Assembly: GCA_001778235.1 (NCBI GenBank)
Contig: MFGJ01000007.1
Location: 193,476 to 257,475, forward strand
Source: Candidatus Falkowbacteria bacterium RIFOXYC2_FULL_36_12
GTDB taxonomy: Bacteria; Patescibacteriota; Patescibacteriia; UBA11705
Direction: 5' to 3'
Length of the DNA stretch: 64,000 nt
Part shown: one piece after another, positions 59,001 through 64,000 of the stretch
Position numbering within the stretch: the stretch's first letter is position 1
Layout of the letters: every line of letters begins with the position of its first letter
Translations under genes and position numbers: made by a program
Notes under the pieces: generated by a model
Told to the model about the DNA's origin: nothing
Databases searched by the model: none
What the model saw: the letters and a program-made list of their open reading frames with translations, nothing else

Positions 59001-61481
59001 AAGATAAGCAACATCTGGAGCTAGACGAACAATCTTGTTGATTCTCTGCCAACCGCCACCCAAATCCTCAATTTGAGTGGTATAAATATAAGAATCATTT
59101 AATGGATTTAAATTTTCTGTGGTTGAAGTAAAGGTAACATCAAAAGTTCCACCCATTCTCCGCATAGAGTAGTTTAACCTAGCAACTGTTGGAATGAGTT
59201 CAACAACTTGACTACCAGAAACAACGGCAGAAAATAAATAATAACGAGAGTATTTCAATGGAGTAATTTGTAAATCTTGAGTGAGATACAATTGACCTGA
59301 AGCTCCAAGTGATACAGAATTTGAACTTTGATAACCTGTATCTGTAACAATAAAATTATCAGCTTCAGAATTGTTCCACCCAGTAATCATATCAGCGGTT
59401 GTATCATTGGCCTCACCAACAAAAAGATCAAAATTACTATTTGGAACCAAGTTAGCACCAAAACGATTGCTAGTATTTATTACCCTAGTACAACCTTCAT
59501 CATTTGGTGAACAACTTTCAGTTTCAATCTGACTGTTCAAGTGGACAATTGAACTACCTGTTTTGTAATAATCTGCGGGATAGTTTTCAGCCCAAACCCG
59601 ATCTGTGGCAGTAGAAGAAGTCAACCAGCTACTATACCCTAGACAACCAACTGAATTAGCATCACAGCTACCAAAATCTACTGTATTTAATAAATAATTA
59701 AATTTTTTACCGTCACGCTGGGTCAGAGTAGTACAAGAATCAGCGACTGCAGGACAAATATCGCCAGTAAATTTCCAAACATTTTCTTCAGCGGCACAAT
59801 AAGCATAATGGCAATTGCCCTCCTCATCAGTGGCAACACAACTTTTTACATCAGCACAATATTCAGCTCGATCTGTAGTATTTGAGGCAAGTAGAGTTGG
59901 TCCGCTGGCAACAGCATCACAACGAGCTTTGGGATATTTGAGAACCCAATCAGGGTCAACTAAATAACGATAAGGATCACAACTGGTAACTGCGGCAGGA
60001 GCATTGAAACAGCCAAGCATAAAACTCAATGTCTTGGCAGGATCGCCATTGGCGGAAACTGCTTGAGCTGCGAGCTCCCAACCAATTGGAATAATTCTGG
60101 CTTTTCGCAATTTTACAAGATTGTAATAACAATAACCATTTAAGTAACAATCATCATCTAAATTGTCTGAATTTTGTGGGCTGATAAAGGCTAAATTGGG
60201 AATTAATTGTTGATTTAGCGCTTCTTGAACGGTTAACGGAGTACCATAATTTGCAGTGCGGACAGCATCAGCAAAATCTTCGGTTATAACACAATTATTT
60301 GGACCTCGATTGATTGTACCAGGATCACAAGTGGTAAACTCTGTGAGCTGGTCAATTTCTCGGGAAGAAGTTTTAAACCCAATTTTTTTTAAGCGAGAAA
60401 TCTGATTCTCGGCTACAGTTTTGTAATCAAAAACACCTTGTGATGGATTGTAAGAATTGGAGACATAGCCTTGGGATATACGGTCAAACAAAGCATTGAC
60501 AAATCGTTGAGAAACAAATGAATTCAAAAAGGTTGAACCAATTGCTTCTGGAATTGATTCAATAACATTCCAAGCTTTTTCTTCTTCAGATGCAGGAGCG
60601 TCTAGGGTTTTCGAAATTTGACTTGATAATAATTCTTTTGAAACATCTGGCGGATTTTGGATGGTTGTTCCTGTAATATCGGTTTTGGGTTTGAAACTTC
60701 CCTCGCCTTCAAGTCGTTCTTCTTTGGCTACCTGCTCTTGTTCTCTCTGGGCAGATTCAGCTAAATCATAAGTATATAAATAAGTACCAATATCACTTTG
60801 TTTTGGTTCAAAACCTTTGACAACTTGTTCTATTGCCACAAAAGAAGCAACTGACGGATTGTCAACATATTTACTCTGTAATTCATCGGCAAAAGCGCTC
60901 CAGCGATCCTTTACTTTGTTCCAAGAACAACGACGATTTTGGACTTGAGCATCAAATGGGTTGCGTTTGGTATTGACCTCAAGAGAACGAATTACTCTAA
61001 GTTTTACATCCAAACTTGGTTCGCAGATGTCAAACTTGTCAGCCCATGGTTGAGCTGTACTCAATTCACTCAAAACATCGGTCAAAACAGCTTCACGAAC
61101 ACGGTCAACATAAGTGCTCCAAGTATCAAGTTGCCAAACAGGTTGTTGACCCCACTCGCCTGTTTCAAGCCAATTAACACTCTGCTCGGCCAAATCCTGC
61201 GCAACTGTAACGGCTAAATTTTTTAAATTTATGGCGGCTGTACGGATCAGAACTTTTTCAATCTTATCTCCAATCGTCTCTTCAAGCTTATTTGTTTTTT
61301 CCGTTATTATACGGTCAGTCTCAATGGCAATATCAACTGAAGTACCTGCAGGGTCAATTACCGGCAATTCAGCAAAGGCAGTTTTGGGTGGAACTATTAT
61401 ATTGGCAAAAATCAGAAAAACAATAACAACCAATAATGTAAATAAAGGTTTAATGTAGCGACAATTTTGAACTTTTTTCAT
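53022..61481 (-). CDS. Giant secreted Cys-rich multidomain surface protein (2819 aa)
   Basis: Signal peptide ending AFA, ELPVID, helical N-domain, repeated C....VGC/GC..F/Y modules, CBM-like inserts (NLVPNSNFD), PKD-like VDWNDG near the C-terminus. Confidence 0.9.
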   Translation of the reverse strand: MKKVQNCRYIKPLFTLLVVIVFLIFANIIVPPKTAFAELPVIDPAGTSVDIAIETDRIITEKTNKLEETIGDKIEKVLIRTAAINLKNLAVTVAQDLAEQSVNWLETGEWGQQPVWQLDTWSTYVDRVREAVLTDVLSELSTAQPWADKFDICEPSLDVKLRVIRSLEVNTKRNPFDAQVQNRRCSWNKVKDRWSAFADELQSKYVDNPSVASFVAIEQVVKGFEPKQSDIGTYLYTYDLAESAQREQEQVAKEERLEGEGSFKPKTDITGTTIQNPPDVSKELLSSQISKTLDAPASEEEKAWNVIESIPEAIGSTFLNSFVSQRFVNALFDRISQGYVSNSYNPSQGVFDYKTVAENQISRLKKIGFKTSSREIDQLTEFTTCDPGTINRGPNNCVITEDFADAVRTANYGTPLTVQEALNQQLIPNLAFISPQNSDNLDDDCYLNGYCYYNLVKLRKARIIPIGWELAAQAVSANGDPAKTLSFMLGCFNAPAAVTSCDPYRYLVDPDWVLKYPKARCDAVASGPTLLASNTTDRAEYCADVKSCVATDEEGNCHYAYCAAEENVWKFTGDICPAVADSCTTLTQRDGKKFNYLLNTVDFGSCDANSVGCLGYSSWLTSSTATDRVWAENYPADYYKTGSSIVHLNSQIETESCSPNDEGCTRVINTSNRFGANLVPNSNFDLFVGEANDTTADMITGWNNSEADNFIVTDTGYQSSNSVSLGASGQLYLTQDLQITPLKYSRYYLFSAVVSGSQVVELIPTVARLNYSMRRMGGTFDVTFTSTTENLNPLNDSYIYTTQIEDLGGGWQRINKIVRLAPDVAYLGMRFSGIESSVIDEVQISEAVSPFEVYDYSDYGTIGLDFIKIAPDYYGCYDSALYTDPAFSRGIRQGETTWYTPVNVSDILDKTSNNSEKCSDFAELCAAEEVGCQLFNPTDGGTSVTAVASPEDLCPSQCVGYATYSQASTNFVSTQFPLYFMPSTAESCSANQVSCEEFTNLDDLDAGGEGTEYYSDLRLCKKSDNPETDTSCGTYYTWVGTDVSGYQLQAHQFEMNNSVPKVVQKSPITRECSPSTFDPINFPECRELYDKNGNVSYYILDNLVLCSQNCHPYRRTLKYDAEIQCTSRGGEWRADNECVFWANPDFSKSCDKSNAGCREYRGNTANDVDQLLNDTFDASTIWTGGEISQRSSINGGKSLKLTSGQTSGRRLSNSLIPGESYIVSFWAESPGSTARADINLGSSSLESRVEIQSTPADQTQFLHYDTAIFVPTEAVNEINIQSNSGTIYFDSIEVKRLSDTHYLITNSWSTPTACDQTLSKQYLPQAQLGCREFESSVAGSQTLRGFRNICRQSAVGCQAVIDTQNSTNPFSQSYDNDNGAFTTDQDNLMYLVLSDDVRCKVFGIGCTMLGVPNYDQNNQIESDNWATNFFKLDFDNLDKYLCLGRDNRCDEFTTSDNNTYYFKEPGERTCEYKVGSDGNEGWFVTGTEDSCPSGTFDYYADGTGHLLHSSTATYDGWVGQCKSKYDSCTAFLDPVDVEGGSTKGSAYYYLNNEDIQSCSTVSEKDGCLLFNDTSVKNAQGFNQLLFNSASTYEASSADGGRGVSPLANSTDQALQGLKLLLENLNIDCSLHTNYCPEVRAIFNQPDTNSVERTAITNSVFALLGTTPSASAGPVGVNQCTYESVLCYAANEANIFQDSNRIIKVVRDRECAEWYDCKSGQTVFDPVTNTSKFVCQGLGLCDAIGEAENTGQCSHFVSEGPSDSLLTTNQLLNATNYTQVRRTQGVSWGQLDYSGYSISNRYPLQFYNSYNINARDNALPKDYRLVHLTSQTCTSDDACGAGRRCLGDVCVEGVATADIISASSAECRAYPQADSPFNASVKKLGNQTAQAYENVLTCEGDENFACGCAYTKVSFGGGYIDKYFPNSISQYIETDKVGFCQDIPDRQCACAGLITEDDNITRNAIDRSTMCESYDCSDSGQLGMCMKKDIDRVKYLGMQGYCLERDGSLKLSGQGDTACLSWYPVDSLSGLQDLYAQYDEAGYDPNAFENDGGRLYCLGAAGLETDDTPYEDPISYRARIFDDYRYYIPSGGNDYREYFTGYSGEPLYKQDLIGFSFACNEGQDEDWCEGESATTWYEKSHSQDFQGYNFFKKSARSINPSGSAPNTLVTGNLSTYNFTRDQDKYRQWTYWQITWSEKDFVSSRFLESDTLYQYGGSGKKLGEFDDDKYLMFVKDGGVENKDLITNEVLGDAEDVFKPIPAGVLHGVNWSSQGCTEDNDCGNGKCIKDSYYGNYCSNVQCNPATDYDLNPAQFPCNNNANQQVEGETIWYCQSDQSQVGYCNYNTLAQSARQINSHCWGEDNYFGVRVLFDENDQFKGVWASICDDSNSIGWQDFTLDLLKGEYCQDVIQVVEEDALGSNKAYTDNFYKYLKTGDNLVLESGATHDKLWDATTRSLEYGLSPTTALNPFGSAYGSAVSTDEGDPVYVPFDSTNDDGTDLAENPGGTPFFAGLGNNAHTAGKPISCEGGETANCDNVTKSSGYSVFINNLFANVYNRWIYQNDKYVNLAGSMPVAGDFALTNSHQPPIVAGVVFTGNSDPITGNETSAADINTISIGTQSRGDIRYSGEDYSAQMTFYAWANSNQMPITSVLVDWNDGSTVVGLDEGKLKNHKPVCQQLAGELLQRCKIDNAGKYIPDYACRETTDCPVGTSCLGTQYDVFGDTTDACSPQEFFKFEHRYTCEGQGDRVCSGSVISNCWNATEQACQFIPQVQVKDSWGWCNGSCGHQKSTWVTDGCYEGECSRTAPEPWTRFAGRILIKP

Positions 61482-61498
61482 ATTTAAATATTGGCTAG

Positions 61499-62332
61499 TT
61501 AATTTGAAGTTACTTCTTTATTGGCTTCTTCCCATGCTTGCTTAAAAAACGAAAGTAATTCTTCATCGCTAAGGGAGCTGACAATATTTTCAGGTACACC
61601 ATTTTCAATCAAAATAATTCGAAGCTCGGCGGGAGTATAATCTTCTGCTTTGGTTTTGGTTTCAATGCTTACCGGAGTTTTCAGGGGTTGATCACCAATG
61701 GTATCTCGGTAAAATTTCAAAAGCTCATCATCGGAAAAAGCCACAATGTCTGCTTCTGAAAACTTACCAGACAACCGCAATAAATCTCTTAATTCTTCCG
61801 GGGTAGGAAGGTCTGTAGCGATGGGACTCACAGTTGAACTATCTTCGGTGTCACTAGTGACAAAACTATTAAAACAGGTTTTTCCTGTCGGACAATTTGG
61901 GTCAGTGCCATTATCAATCTCCTGTTTATCATTCAAATCATCACTGTCAGAATCAGCCAAATATGGACTGGTAATATAAATATTTAATTCTTCATAATCA
62001 TTGACGCCATCTTCATCAGTATCTTTACTCCTCAAATCTTCTTCTTCTGATGATAAAACCGGTTCAATAGACTTGGCATTTTCAGCATCAACTCGTTCCT
62101 GCCCACCAGGGACAGGAACAGCAAAAAAACTTTTGGCACCAAAACCAACCACAAGCAATAAAACAAGCACCAATCCAGCTAAAATACCAGACAAAACTTT
62201 CTGTCGTTTGGTTAAGGTTCCAGAGGGTAATTCTTCAATAATCGGCGGTTTATTTTCCAATAAACCTAAAGGTTCCTCTTTGTAATCATCAAAAGAGGAT
62301 CTGCCCGGATTTTGTAAGCGATCTTGTCCCAT
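61499..62332 (-). CDS. Membrane-anchored protein with TSP3-like Ca-binding repeats
   Basis: DTDEDGVNDYEE...TSPYLADSDSDDLNDKQE...GTDPNCP; one TM helix; two ELR..L...SD.ELL repeats. Confidence 0.82.
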   Translation of the reverse strand: MGQDRLQNPGRSSFDDYKEEPLGLLENKPPIIEELPSGTLTKRQKVLSGILAGLVLVLLLVVGFGAKSFFAVPVPGGQERVDAENAKSIEPVLSSEEEDLRSKDTDEDGVNDYEELNIYITSPYLADSDSDDLNDKQEIDNGTDPNCPTGKTCFNSFVTSDTEDSSTVSPIATDLPTPEELRDLLRLSGKFSEADIVAFSDDELLKFYRDTIGDQPLKTPVSIETKTKAEDYTPAELRIILIENGVPENIVSSLSDEELLSFFKQAWEEANKEVTSN

Positions 62333-62403
62333 GTTATGCCATTATTTTTTATAATTATACCACAAAACCAAGGCTTGATGAAAAGAGTTTATGCACATGA
62401 AAA

Positions 62404-62503
62404 GCGAGACAGCGAGTACAGCCCGCCTACGCTAAAGCTATGGCGGGTAAACGAGAACAGCCCGCCTTCGCTAGGTGTAGCTATGGCGGGTAAACGAGTA
62501 AAG
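62404..62503. repeat. Two tandem REP-like palindromes in a 9-mer array
   Basis: CCCGCCTACGCTAAAGCTATGGCGGG and variant CCCGCCTTCGCTAGGTGTAGCTATGGCGGG. Confidence 0.85.
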
Positions 62504-62570
62504 TAATAAATAAAAAATTTTACAAAAAAAATAACCCTTGGAATAAGGTTGTTAGTTTAGGGAAAAATTT

Positions 62571-63392
62571 TTAGACTACTTTTGATAAGTTAACCCAGTC
62601 ATCAAGAGAAAGCTGTTGGGCCCTAGTAGTGGGGTCAATATTGGCCTTTGTTAAAATAGCTTCTGCCTGTGAATTTGTAATATGCAAGCCATTAGCCAAA
62701 TTATTTTTTAATTGTTTTCGCTTGGCAGCGAAGCTGATTCGAATAATCTGGAAAAATTTTTTAACATCAATTTCAGGGAATTTATTTTTGATTGTCAGCT
62801 TGACAATTGAGCTGTCAACTTCTGGCGCGGGAATAAAACATTTTCGAGAAACTGTTGATACAATTTCAATATCAGAATAAAACTGGGCGGAAATCGCTAA
62901 CTTGCTCATTTCACCAGGAATTGAAACCAATCTTTCAGCAACTTCTTTTTGCACCATTAAAACCATTTCCGTTGGCGGATATTTGAATTCTAGGAATTTT
63001 CGAAGTATCTTCGAAGTAATATTGTATGGGATATTGGCAACAATCTTGTATGGCTGATGATCAAAAAAATCTTCAATATCAACTGGTTTTAATTCAAGTG
63101 CGTCTTGATTTACAATCATCAACTTTGAATAATTTTTATTTTTTCTAAATTCCTGTTTCAAAACATAGTTCAGTGTTCGATCAAGTTCAACTGACACAAC
63201 TTTTTTTGCTGTCTCCAAAAGTTGCTCGGTTAAAATGCCAAGACCCGGTCCGATTTCGAGGACATTGTCAGATGTTTTCAGATCTGCGGATAATACAATT
63301 TTTTGTAAAATATTTTTGTCTACCAAAAAATTCTGGCCAGCGGATCGGCGAGGAATAATCTGATATTTTTTCATTAAAGCTTTTATATTCAT
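62571..63392 (-). CDS. rsmA: 16S rRNA m6,2A dimethyltransferase RsmA/KsgA
   Basis: GQNFL, LEIGPGLG, ANIPYNIT, MVQKEVA, PAPEVDS; start ATG 63392 or 63401. Confidence 0.96.
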   Translation of the reverse strand: MNIKALMKKYQIIPRRSAGQNFLVDKNILQKIVLSADLKTSDNVLEIGPGLGILTEQLLETAKKVVSVELDRTLNYVLKQEFRKNKNYSKLMIVNQDALELKPVDIEDFFDHQPYKIVANIPYNITSKILRKFLEFKYPPTEMVLMVQKEVAERLVSIPGEMSKLAISAQFYSDIEIVSTVSRKCFIPAPEVDSSIVKLTIKNKFPEIDVKKFFQIIRISFAAKRKQLKNNLANGLHITNSQAEAILTKANIDPTTRAQQLSLDDWVNLSKVV

Positions 63393-63449
63393 ACTATTCA
63401 TTTCATAATTATCATGAGAACATCTAATTATGTGAACAATTATAATGAA

Positions 63450-63982
63450 TTATACCCTGAAATCCATCTTCGTTAAAACTTCCGACTACGCTCTTTTGGG
63501 AGCTTCGACGGACAAGTCGATGGACAAGTAAATTCAGAGCCTGCCCTGAATTTAGTTCAGGGGTGACAAATGGGAGATGCTGAAAACAGTCCCCAGAGAT
63601 CCTGAAACAAGTTCAGGATGACGAGTGTAGTGTTCAGTATGACGAGTGTAGTGTTCAGGATAACGAGTGTAGTGTTCAGGATGACGAGTGTAGGGTTCAG
63701 GATGACGAGTGGTGTGTTGTCCTGTCACTCTGAACTCCTGCCTGTCGGCAGACAGGTGTTTCAGAGTCTCCTGAATTGACCATGTAGGAAGGAGGGAAAG
63801 AATTTAAATTTTGAATAGTTATACCCTGAAATCCATCTTCGTTAAAACTTCGATGGACAAGCAAATTCAGGGTGACAAGTGAGAGGGCGAAGAATTATAC
63901 CCTGAAACCACGCACTATAAACAAGTTTAAGTGCAAGACAAGCAAGTTCAGAGCCTGCCCTGAATTTAGTTCAGGGGTGACA
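63450..63982. repeat. Cluster of nested REP-like palindromes
   Basis: Several CCTGAA...TTCAG(G/A)RTGAC units carrying different inserted hairpins. Confidence 0.82.
63611..63711. repeat. 21-bp tandem repeat, about 4.8 copies
   Basis: GTTCAGGATGACGAGTGTAGT units starting at 63611, 63632, 63653, 63674, 63695. Confidence 0.9.
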
Positions 63983-64000
63983 AAATCTAATTATTCACCG

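Noticed and set aside
63611-63711. Possible CRISPR array
   Set aside because: The 21-bp units are directly adjacent with no unique spacers, and no cas genes are in the window
1-64000. Alternative genetic code (TGA=Gly) as in some CPR lineages
   Set aside because: Conserved genes are full length under code 11, and TGA ends the TS gene at the expected C-terminus

Overview
AT-rich chromosomal window that reads like a Patescibacteria (CPR, probably Parcubacteria-type) genome using the standard code; the lineage is an inference from gene content, AT-rich start contexts and repeat families. Core genes: rplY, rodA, gyrB, secE-nusG-rplK-rplA, gatB, a MacAB-like ABC exporter, miaA, folC, miaB, mraY, murD, ftsW, an Rrf2/iscU/nfu/iscS Fe-S operon, rpmA, trpS, typA, msrAB, rsmA, plus a 2819-aa Cys-rich secreted protein. 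Four things stand out. (1) A pyrimidine deoxynucleotide cluster (13.4-19.5 kb) whose thymidylate-synthase homologue has Asp at the E. coli Asn177 position, the dCMP-specificity signature. It lies beside DHFR, a Dcd-fold protein lacking its catalytic Glu, a dCMP deaminase, a P-loop kinase, a degenerate ThyX, a MazG-like pyrophosphatase and a Tmk-Tdk fusion, suggesting a 5-methyl-dCMP route. (2) A stand-alone ~160-nt structured ncRNA (44.17-44.33 kb) showing an anti-Shine-Dalgarno-like loop, in a window where strong SD motifs are nearly confined to scattered orphan genes. (3) GxxExxY nuclease-like genes bracketed by long inverted repeats, with gene-less copies of the same cassette in other operons. 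(4) A radical SAM/SPASM gene coupled to an unannotated 26-aa Cys-containing peptide ORF. Intergenic DNA has several REP-like palindrome families, some nested. No rRNA, tRNA or CRISPR array was recognised.
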